Assembly (NCBI GenBank): GCA_030324005.1
Contig: JARDVH010000132.1
Coordinates: 93,622,277-93,686,276, forward strand
Direction: 5' to 3'
Origin: Negaprion brevirostris
Taxonomy: Eukaryota
Length of the DNA: 64,000 nt
The translations under genes were made by a program, and so were the position numbers. How positions within the stretch are numbered: the stretch's first letter is position 1; every line of letters begins with the position of its first letter. Under the pieces are notes generated by a model. That model was not told the DNA's origin. It worked only from the letters and a program-made list of their open reading frames with translations, and searched no databases. This document shows, piece by piece, positions 24,901 through 36,900 of this stretch.

Positions 24901-27900
24901 TATAAATATAGAAAGATAAATATACAGAAACAGAGAGATATATAATTGGCAGAAAAAATATATAAAAGGAGAAGCAGAGTCAATACAAAAATATAAAAAG
25001 ATGGATAGGGATTTTAGCATTTTGTTTTTCAGCTTTAGGTCTTTCTCACTTGCATTAACACAGCAATTGTTTTATTTATGTTCCTTCATTCTTCTGCTGA
25101 TTTTTATTTTTCATGTCCTTTCTTTTATATCCTTGCAATGTTTGTTTATTTTTCCGCCTATATCTTTACTTTATGTTCTTTCTTTGCACTCTTCAGAACA
25201 CTACATCAGTCGCTGCATACATACTTCATCGAACATTCATTTTCAAATTAACATCACCACCTCAGATGGCTGAAGGATATGTATAAATAAACATGCACAG
25301 TCCTTCTGTTTGTGTAAATGTGGTTTGCATTCAGATTTATAGGTAACCTACATCTCAAACAAGATCATCACTATGAATCTTTGTCAACAACCTCTCCTAT
25401 ATTTGAAAGCATTTAAAGATTGGATAATGACAAGAAGCCTGACTAATTAGCATAATACAAGGTGCTATGTTATCTATATATCTACATAAAAATATTCACT
25501 TCTTTTTCAGAAGTACAAGGATGTGTATTTATAGATGAACAAAAGTCAGGGTCAGAGATCATAGAATTAATTTGAGCGTTAATGTTAGGCAATTAAAAAA
25601 AAATCTAATGGAATAAATTCAAATACAAATCAATTAAACACTTTTTTTGGTAACTTCTGCTTCAGTCCTATATTAGTTGAATCAGAAATCAAAACAGAAC
25701 TTTCCAAATTCTTTCATTTGTTCTCCCCATGAAGTACAATATTGTTTTACTGCACCTGCTCCAGAATAGTAAGATTATAAAAATCCCATTCATTTCTAAA
25801 ATGTCAGTCAGAAAGCACCAAGAAGTGCAGTATAGCACTGCACTTCCAACCCCTATTGCTATATTAAAAAAAACATTCTTAGCATATCTGGAGGTACGAT
25901 GGAGAATTGCTGAAATTGAGAAGGATGTCATTTTTTTTCCTGAACTGTAGCTTCATTATACAGCTTCCTGAGTTCAGAATTTTAATCATTATCAATCACA
26001 CTTATTACAGCAGAATTGTCATATCACGACTGCGCTGTGCTAAAATATAAAGCACAGCATTATCCTGTGCAATTTCACTCTTTATTGCATGAGATTTACA
26101 AAAAAGGAATTAATAAATAAAACTCAGCTGGCTATTGCTCGTCTTTCTAGCTGTGAGTGAAGATATAAGTTTTATTTATATAAGAAAAATCTCAATTAAA
26201 AATCAGAATGAAGTAGTTCAGCTTTTCCCTCAAACTAGAGTTGCCATTAGATTTCCTTTTGCTCATTTACCTTACCAATTCATGCAGTTCTTTTATCTCC
26301 TGGAGCACTTTTATACCTTATATCATTTGGATTTCTTTACTACATTGCAAGTTATTGTAAAATTTAAAAGTATATATTAAAATTATAAATTCACCCCAAA
26401 TGTTATCAGACATAGAGACTAGGATGGTCCAAGTTTGTATCTGAGCCTGTGCTAAATTAACTAATCCCAATAAAGGATAACATTAGGGCAAAGCAACTGG
26501 TTAACAAAAAGGCAAAAAATAAATGGATAGACCTCCACCTGGGCAAAGTATAATGAAGAACATTAGATTGAGAAGAACAAACATCCATCCAATCAAACAA
26601 GCAAAAAAATCATTTGGGCTCTCCATCCAATATTCCTCCATATGTGGCACCAGGTGCTCCCATATGACCAAAGACAAACAGGAAAATCTGTTTCAATTAT
26701 TCTAATAGCAATATTGCTTTTGGATTCATCATCTCATCAAAGCTCAGCAATCAATTTCTCCAGTGAAACTTCTCCCAGGTGAAGTAAGAGAATGTTTTGA
26801 CTGGGTACAATGATGAAGCAGACCCTGAATATTTCACAGCAATCTTTTCAAAGGGGAAAATGTTAATGCTTCACTTATCTATCATTCTTTTCTGGCAGCC
26901 CACAGTGGAACATAGGGATGGATGTAAGGGACTAACTTTTATTACAGCAGCCTTGGATAAACCAATTAACAGGTTCACTTGTCTTGCTCTCAGATTTCTT
27001 TTTTGGGCTGTTCTTAGGGGCCCTCTTTTAAGATCAAACCAAATAAACAAACTCAAATTAAATTAGGACAAAGTAGAAGGGGCAGCTCCCCAAAAGGAAG
27101 GAGAGCAGCCAAAAAACAAAGTACAGAGGAAACTTAAAATGTCAAATTAAAATGTGATTATTAGGGTCAATAATGCACCCCAGCCCCTGTGGTCCCCAAA
27201 AGGCGCAGAAGGCGTCAACTGCGCCCGCAGACACCACATGCTCTGTCTCCAGGGACACCTGGCCATGAACACAGCCGCGGTAGAGGGGCAGACAGTCAGG
27301 ATGGACAGCCCCCCCCCCCCCCGGGTAATGGGGGGGGGGCCATCCCAACCCTCCCCTCTCCACACCAGGTGTCCTTAGATCAGGAGCGAGGGACTAAAGT
27401 GCAAACAAAACATCAATAAAAAGTTTCTTCAGAAAAAAAAAAAGGGAGTGCAATCTAAGACACAAGACAGACATGGTCCACGGACTCCACAAGGCCACAG
27501 AAGGGACAAGCTTCGGAGCCCGTGAACCAGTGAATCTTAACATTGTGCAGAACCGCTGCATGCATCACCCTCCATTCCAGGTCCCCAGTGTAACTGGGGG
27601 AGATCCTTCCATAAAGGAACCTCCGCTGCCCGATGACAACAAGGTCTGCCAAACTGTATCCGGGCGACAGGCAAGGATGCAGTAGCAGAAGGTGTGCAGC
27701 AGCAGCCCGTACAGGAAACACCTCCGTGTGCTGGAAAGAGGCATGGAGGACATTTCCGCAAGGCGGCTCGTGCTGTGAGGCACCTGACCCGAGGAGGGGG
27801 GCTGAGGCTTTGGGCCAATGTAGAATTCTGTCCGAACAGGGGAACGCTTGGACAGGATCCCACCGCACGCGTGCGCCACCTCGAGACCGCATGCACACTC

Positions 27901-30900
27901 AGGGCCCAGTACGACCGTCCTAAGGTCTTGGATGGCTTTGGCCACGTGCCGGACAGACACCCCCAGATGCTCAGCCAGCACGCGAGGGCTCATCCAGCTT
28001 GCTCTGCCGCCATCCAGCACGTCCCTTATTCTGGTCACCCGGGCATCCGCAGTCTCCCTGTCCGTCAGCCACCTGAAGTTATACGGCTGGAGGAATGGAT
28101 TCCCGAGCAGCTGCTGTCGCATGAGAGCTGCTACTCCAGACAGTGAGGAGATCCTGGTAAAAGACGGGCAACTCCTACAAGGAGGTCGAAACGCATCCCA
28201 GACTGATATGCAGGAGCTGCACATCATAATTGAGGCCGCACCGCTGGCGGAAAAAATATGTTGCCAGGGCACACCATCGTGGAGGGGACTCAACATAAAA
28301 GTATCTTTGCAGGGTCTGGAGGTGGAAGGTCGCTATCTGAGTGCAGACGCACACCAGACCTTGACCGTCCTCAAGTAGGAGATGCAGAACTATAGCAGGG
28401 ACCCAGTGCAGTCGGTTGTCCCAGAAAAAATGTAGGAGGGTTCTCTGGATATTGGTGACAAAGCCAGGGGGAGGGGTCAAAGGGACCAGCCGGTACCACA
28501 ACATGGAGGCGACCAGCTGGTTTATGACCAGAACTCGCGCCCTGTAGGACAGCACTCAGAGCAGTCCTGTCCAGTGAGCCAGGCGGGTGGTGACTTTGGC
28601 CTCCAGCTCCCGCAAGTTCTCTGGCCAGGATTCCTCAGATGGGCAGAGATGGAACCCCAGGTAGAGGAGGTGCATCCTGCTCACTGGAGGAAGAGGTCTA
28701 CAGGCTGGACATTGGGGTGCTCTGGGGAGAAAAAAAACCCAGCTGGCCAACAAATGGGGAGACTGACAGATTGGGACCACTGTGCATGCGCAGAGTTCCA
28801 GAGCTATCAGACTCCAGCACGAATAGGCCCTGTCACACCCCACCCCCCTCCAGGTTTTTAAATGAGGTTCACGATTGTGACCTTTGTATGGCACAGGGCG
28901 GGGAGCTTCAGGTCTGAAGCTGCACTGAAAAAAAAAAGTCATGATCTAGACTAGTTTTCCCAACAATTCAGCACTTTTGGGAAAACCACCCCCAAAAATG
29001 AGTTTATATTTAACATTCAAACTGCAGCTTTTTGTAATTTCTTACCTTCTTTTTCTACTTTGGCTTTTCCTATTGGGATAATAAAGTCCTTTGACTGGAC
29101 TTCCTCAGAGACTTCAAAAGGCACACCATACATCAGTTCATTTTCCAAAAAAACAACTGCAGGAGTAATGGATGTTGTGAGTATAGAGTTTATTTAAACA
29201 AACATTCAAACAAAAGGTGTGCCTTAAACTGACTTGCAATATGTTTACAGGTTAAAAACCATTTTTCAATCAAATTCCAAGGTGTGTGTGTGTGTGTGTG
29301 TGGGGAAGGTGGTGGTGGGCAGAGAAGGAGTGAGTGGGTGGTGGTGGTGGTGTTGACAAATCAAATTACAAAGCTCTTGGCTAAAAAGAAAAAATGAAAC
29401 ATATCCATTAGCTACTTGCAGGCTTCAATGGAGTAAAAGAATGAATTAATACACAACAGTGGTCACTGGGGAACTAAGTCAGTACTGATCTGAAACTGTG
29501 CAGCCTTGGACTAAAATCAACATTCCGAGTGTAACAAATTTGCAGCGGCTTATCTGACAGGTCAGTTAGTGGAGGTGGTTAGCTAGAAGTTTCTACCCCT
29601 GTTTTTAATTTCCCTTTTAACATTCAAAGTATTTACATCTAATATTACCATTAATAAAAATGAAATAAAAAGATAATAAAATCAGTTAAATAGTGCCTCA
29701 TTAGAAGCATTTATCAATCAACTGAATGGCAATTGCAGGTATTTTGATCCATGTCAACAATATATATCTGAAATATAGAAAACAAATGCAGGAGCAGGCC
29801 ATTCAGCCCTTCAAGCTTGCTCTGTCATTCATTTTGATCATCAAATTCAATATCCTGATGCTGCATTCCTCCCATATTCCTTGATCCCTTTAGCCCCAAG
29901 AGCTCTACATCAAATTTCTTCTTGAAATTACAGTATTTTAAATGTTATCCATTTTAAAATAAAATGAAAAAAACTTACCAGGGTTATCATCTCGGATGGC
30001 AGATTTCAGCAACCCTTTAGCATCTTCAGCACTCCAAGGACTAATTACTTTTAGCCCAGGACAGTGGCTATACCATGCTGCAAAGCACTGGGAATGCTGA
30101 GCTGCCACTCCAGCTGAACAACCATTTGGACCTCTGAAAACAACAGGAACAGAAACTGCACCTGCCGACATGTAGAACGTCTTGGCAGCAGAATTTATAA
30201 CTTGATCAATGGCTTGCAGTGAGAAATTGAAGGTCATAAATTCACAGATGGGCCTCAAGCCAGCCTGAAAAGTTAGTAAGAATCTGACCTTATTTTCCCC
30301 AAAGACATATTGCAACAGGACATGTTTACATGCACTAGTTTTGGCAACTATACAGCATGCAATATTTTGAATTTCTATTCTTATACTCCAACACGCTTGG
30401 TAATGTTTCTATACTTAGTTTACAGAACTATTTCATTGACGAGTAATTAATATTTTTCGTAACAATGAAGCTTTATAAGCTTTCCTGCTATGAGAATGAA
30501 TGTGTGTGTGACAATTTTAATGTTAAACAAACAAGTCTGCTTCAGAAGAATATTCAATGTTTCATGTATTAAGTCCATGCACTTGGCACAGCAAGTTATG
30601 CAAAATAATCTAAGGTACATACCATGGCAGCACCAACTGCAATTCCTGCAAATCCCATCTGAAAAATAACGTGAAAAGATTTTAATACTTTAAGTTATTA
30701 AACAGAAATTAGACATGCAAAAGTTTCTTAATGAAACATACCTCTGAAATTGGAGTGTCTATGATTCTCTTGTCTCCCCATTTCTTCCACAATCCACGGC
30801 TCACCTATGAATATATACAACTAATTTCAATGCTAAAACTTCAAAGAGTTATAAATCATCAGCTATGGTAAATGATGAGGATGACAAAGAATCTACAGAA

Positions 30901-33900
30901 AGGGTCAGACAGGTTAAGTGAGTGGACAAAAACACTCACTTAACCTGTCTGATAGGAAGAATAAAGGAGCTGATTTTTATTTAAATGAAGAAAGATTGCA
31001 AAAGGCTGCAGCACAGAGGAATTTGGGGGTTTTTATGAAGGCCTTCACTTCAAAGATAATGGAGAATAAAAATGGGAAGTCTTGTTCAAACTATACAAGN
31101 NNNNNNNNNNNNNNNNNNNNNNNNNNNNNNNNNNNNNNNNNNNNNNNNNNNNNNNNNNNNNNNNNNNNNNNNNNNNNNNNNNNNNNNNNNNNNNNNNNNA
31201 AAGTCAAAAGTGCGTACGGGGAGTTAATCAGAGGGAAAAAAAATAATCAGCTGGATTTTGTTCAGGTGACTCAGGTCCCCTGCCAATTAATTGGAGAGCC
31301 TGCAGGAATGCTGTGCTAATTCTAAGGGGGAGGCCTGATGCAATTAAGTGCCCATGAGGCACTTAACTGGCTGGCATTGGAGCTTCTACTTAATGAAGCC
31401 CCCAGTGAAGTGGATATCCCACCCCGAGAGCTGCCTGCAAATCAGGGGCCCAGGCCTGACCCTGGATCCCAGGACACAGGTAAGTAAGGGCAGGATGAAA
31501 ATTGTGGGGAGGGGCTCATGGGAGGGGGGACACCAATAGATTCTGGAGGCCTCAGCTATAATTAACTTTAAGTGGTATAATAACGAGTCCAATTGCCTCA
31601 CCACCACCTAAAATTAAGGATTGTTTTCAGTGGCGGTAATGGAGACCAGAGATTCTCATTGAAAGAAACAAGTAGAAGGAGAGCAGGAACATTCTTAACC
31701 TGAAAGACTTTGGGATACTGCATACTGAAGTAGAATATAAAACATAAATTCAAAGGGGATGGGGTAAATATTTTGAAACAGGAATATTAAAAGGTGGGTT
31801 ACAGAAAAGCACTAGGAGCTGAATGGGATCTTGCTGTGCTGGAATAATTTTCTGAACACTCTCCTTTATTGATACTGAGCACATGGAGTGCTTTAGAAAT
31901 GTTGGTTAGAATGTGTCACTGTGAGAAACATAGCAAACACCAAATCCACTCTGGAACTCCTTGGTTTGATTCAGTCAGTCTGCGCTGCACCACTATGATG
32001 TATGAAGTCCAAATACAGATCAGATCTGACTGAGATTTCCAGTTCAGAGTTATTATCTTCATAATCTGTGTCCAAACCAGAATCCAAGGCGATATTAAGG
32101 GATCAAGCCAATTAAAATAACATTGAGTGGGAAGGCTGGCTGCACCTTGTGCAATACTAAGAGATTCTAGTCCTGGTTTTAAGGTGAATATAAGTGAGTT
32201 ATGGGATTACTATTATTTACAGATANNNNNNNNNNNNNNNNNNNNNNNNNNNNNNNNNNNNNNNNNNNNNNNNNNNNNNNNNNNNNNNNNNNNNNNNNNN
32301 NNNNNNNNNNNNNNNNNNNNNNNNNACTATTATTTACAGATAGGATATCAGGGTTTTACAACTATTAGTGAGATTAAATATATTACTGTTGGCAATGAGT
32401 GGCAACTGAATATTACAACTTTATGATTAATGATCAATGTAATTTCATAGAGCCACCATTAGTTACTGATGGAATCAATGTTCCTCCCATGTCTGGTTAT
32501 CCCTCTGTGAATTATTCTCCAGACTCAGTTTTCTATCTTTGCTTGCCCGCTCACTGTGACCTCATGGTGCTTAGAATTTGTTACACAACAGCTCTTAGCA
32601 TGAAACTGGAAACAACGGTAACTGACTTCAGAAGACCCAACTGTTAAAAGGCAAACGTAATAACATTTTGTAAAAGTCATGGGATCAAATATAACATGAT
32701 CAAATGTCATGTGGTGAGGCACCATAGCAGATGTGGTCAAAATGCCACAGAATCGAAGTTCCAGGAATTCTTAAAACCATAGTTGGCAACCCTACTCTAC
32801 ATGTTGTCTACAAGTGTGATTACTACACCATGCAAGGTAAGGGAAGTGAAGGTTTTCTTGTATTTTCCCCAATGATAAATTCCATAGCGTTTCATGTTTG
32901 AAAAGTTCATATTTTAAAATTCATTTTGAGAAAACTGGATGAGATGGAGGAAATACAGCACAATATAAATGCATGCAATTTGTTTCGCAGTTGGAAGTAC
33001 CTCAAACAATGGCTTGCAGATCCCATCAATCCATTCCAGCTGAAGCCCCGGTAACTCATCCTTCCTGTTTCGGTCAAAAATAGCCTGTAGAATATTTGCA
33101 AAGATAGAATTGTGTTTCAGCACACGTCCAAGAGTGCAGTTAGTGCAGGAGCTGACATTCACGGATTGCTAATAGCAGTCATAACTCAGAGTTCTTCATG
33201 AATTTTTACCCACATTTTGCATGTTCACTACCAAGGTCAAAAGATTAATTCATTGCTCACTCCATGCATGTATGATTTTTGAGCAGGAAGATGCATTAAT
33301 TTTGTTAAAAGCAAACAAAATAATGAAAGACTCCTAATGAAGGGAAATTATAGCACAAGTCAAGTAAGGTGTTGACAACCTATAAATCATCCATCCCTAG
33401 TGTGCAATTTATAATCAAATTATGAGTGCAGTTCAGCAGGATGCATTTGCCTACACATCAATGTATTTCACTCGGTGTCAGCTGTGACATTACTGTAGGC
33501 AGACTAGTTCCTATACAGACCACAATATTTAAATTCACAAAGGATTTTTTTTAAAGGCATTAGAAGATCAGGAAAATGACAAATCCCTAGTTTGTTTACT
33601 TTAGACTGAATATTTGTTTAAAATGATGCTCCTGTGAAAATCTGAACAGCAGAAATGTAGCAAGTTTAAAAGTAGGCCTGTATAAATAGCTGGCGCAATA
33701 GTCTCCGTGACAGCTGTTAAAGGTCACATTAGAACTCAGTTTAATTGGCTGTCTTAGCCTTGTCCCCAGTGAACACGTGGGATCGCAGCAAAAAANNNNN
33801 NNNNNNNNNNNNNNNNNNNNNNNNNNNNTTCGTCATAAATTACAACAGCTGATCCAGAACTCAGTGCATGGAATAGACTGGTTCTACTGAAGTGCAGTAG

Positions 33901-36900
33901 ATGGTCTTCTGAGAATGGACTTGATATGCAATTTTATTGTATTACATGGCTAGCTCAGCAATGTCACACCTGATTTAGGAGTCATCACTCTATTATCACT
34001 GGACGTGAATGACCAAATGAATCTATTGTATAAAATCTTCATCCAATGTATGAGATTCTGAAAGCTTTTTATCCAATTATATAAAAGCAACATTTTAAAA
34101 TGTGCAAAAGTTGTATATTGATTCCAGTTTAAACGTTGTCTCAATAAAACTACTAAAACCATATCAGGATTTTCTTACAAAAAAAAACTTGTTAAAACAT
34201 GATTATGCATTTTGGATCTTTTCTATTGCATTACATCATTATTTGCAGTTTTCTTCCAGCAAATATGTTCAATATGCAACCTCTGATTTTTAATGAAAAT
34301 ATTCTTTGGCCCTTTCATATTTTTCTTCCATATGCCCCGAAGCGCACATACACCGAGTAATCCTGTACACTAGTTGCAATTCTCAGATATATAAACAAGG
34401 ATTTCTATTATCTATCAGCTTACTAAACACTAGCATTTAAAAGAGAAAGGACAGATCACCACCCGGCAAGGAAAGCACTTGCATTTATATAATTCTCTTG
34501 TCCTCAGGTGCTTCAGTCAATAACCTACTTTTGAAGTGCAGTTACTTTTGTTATGCAGCTAAGCATGATCTGGGCATAGCAAGATTCCAAACATAATCAA
34601 ATCAGTTGAATAATGAACAGCCTGTTCTTGGTTGAGATTTAAATGTTGCCAACACATCAGAAGAATCCCCTGCTCTTCGTGATTCAATTGAAAACGTAGA
34701 CGGGCTCACTGGTTTAACACCTCTGCTAATAAGGCACTTCCTCAGTATTGCACTCATCAGCTCAAATCCTGAGGTTCAGGTTGGACTCAAAACATTCTTA
34801 CACAGAGATGAGAGCAGTACCAACTGAGCCAAGCTGACAACAAACTACTGATATATCCTTTGCTCTATTTACTGCAAGTTGAAATGCTGGGCCACATTAT
34901 TTACCACGAGGGCTGTATGGAGCACATGAAGTGAAGTATCAGAAGGAAAAATTGCAAAACATTCAAATTCATTTCCTATGTGTGATCCTCCTTGCTAGAT
35001 TTTCCTCCTACGATGTCAGACAATGCTTAATGTCCAGATGCTAAAGATAAAAATCTATTGGTATAAAAGTGTTTTTATCAAGCTTAATTGGTGACATTGC
35101 TACACAGGGCAACAACAGAAATTCTTTCTCCTCTTCAATATAGAAAATCACAGGAGTAAAGTCACGTTATCACTGTGCCACAATATCTCTGAGCTCTATT
35201 GTTCTGTACTATAAAGATATATTTTTGTTTTAAGTGCGAGTGAAGAACATAAAGGAACCAGCTTTGACGATTTACTACACATGACAGGGTGAGCAGCCTG
35301 AATTCATATATACAGTAGTCACGACACTTTCACTGAAATATTCTAGGTTAATAAGTGCTGTCACTGATATTAATTCAGCACTGCAGTAATTTCTAGCTTG
35401 GCTCCTTGGCGATGTCATTGGCACTCAGCAATTGAAGAAAAATATGTAAGAATGTTACAGAAGTAGACAAAGAAAAGCAAAGGATGTCAATATTAATTTG
35501 AATTTTCTTTACCTGTTTGAGTTTGAAATAAGCACTGATGGTAAAGCTTCTTTAAATATTTTGACACAATATGGGACTGTTGTGAATTAATATACATGTC
35601 AGGAATATGCCTGGCAAACATCCTCAGTATCACACTGAGCAGGATTATATCTGATCCTTTAACGTGCTGTACTATCGCTAACGAAAAATATTTTTTGCAA
35701 AATGTCATTACAGTGGGCATTAACACAGAACCGAGACATCAGATAAATAACCCTTCTGTGTGTCTGAAAGGAGAAAGTAAAATAGAAATGATGAAAAGCT
35801 GAAGTAACATACTGGCCCCCAGGTTAGGACAAGTCAACTGGGATTGTAGCTGGTGCACGCCCAATTGTGCCAAACACTTGATTAATGCCCAATTGGGAAA
35901 GACTTTTCGCAGCTCAACTGGGCAAACTGGAGCCATGGAATCAATCTTCCTCTGGACAAAGTTTACATTGGCTTCAGGAGTCAAATAAGGAATTGTTGAC
36001 TTAGTGTTAACTCAGTCCAAATCTAATCTGGCTAAACTACATTTCACATGACAATTCAAAGCACTCAGTGGGATATCTGATGCTACTCTTCTTCCTTATG
36101 ATTGGAAAAAGATAGATGATTTCATGATTTTTAGCTGTGGTTTAGTGTTACACCATCAGACAGATTTCTAGTTCCAACTGGAAAAGTACATAATTGTAGA
36201 AAAATATTCAAAATCAACTATGCTGTTAGACATTTAGGGATTGGTTTCATAATTTTTAAATCAAATTTGTAATTATTTAGATCCAGGTGTGGTATGTATT
36301 GTTCTATATATAGTTATCAATGAATGGGATATCAACTAACAACAGACCAATGCAACTTACCGAACAATTCATTTGCTTAATAGCATGACACACTGCAACT
36401 GCAAGTGGCATATGATTTCTTGTCTTTCATCTGTCTTTGTATCTGACGGTTGGCCACACTTTGAACAATCAGTCTCCGCTAATTTCTATTCTCCACTGCC
36501 GTCAGTGCTTGTCCCATTAAGAGGTTTTAATTTTTACTGGTCATGTCATTTTGGGTCTTTCTTGTGCACATTTTTCATGTGTTTTGCTTTGCATTACCTC
36601 TATTTCCAAATATTTCCCATCTGTTCATATCCCTAGTGATTTTTTTTTTCTCTGTTGGCTTGGGTGAGGAAAGTGTTGTGTAGCGCACCAGCTGCACTAC
36701 CAACTTTTCCTGCCATATTTTAAACACTTTGGAAAAAAATGGGCACAGTTTGTTACAATGTAACCAGTGATGACATTATAATCTGTTGTAATGTAACCAA
36801 TGGTGACATGCTGTGAAAGTCAGTTGACCAGCTGACCTGTTAGACAATGTAACCAATGGCAAAATGATATGGTGGTCAGCTGACTAGCAGACCTGATAGA

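Noticed and set aside
27025-27040. ttttaagatcaa resembling the U2 snRNA 5' region (Keno-type Tx1 target)
   Set aside because: The match is only about 9 nt and no other U2 sequence flanks the element.
27473-28917. Multiple + strand ORFs over the Tx1 element
   Set aside because: Antisense shadows of the GC-rich Tx1 ORF2.
29046-30804. PDHB processed pseudogene or bacterial contamination hypothesis
   Set aside because: Spliceosomal introns at vertebrate positions are retained and contain a host-type CR1 fragment.
36751-36900. Short interspaced direct repeats superficially like a CRISPR array
   Set aside because: Vertebrate DNA, irregular spacing, degenerate units, and no cas genes.
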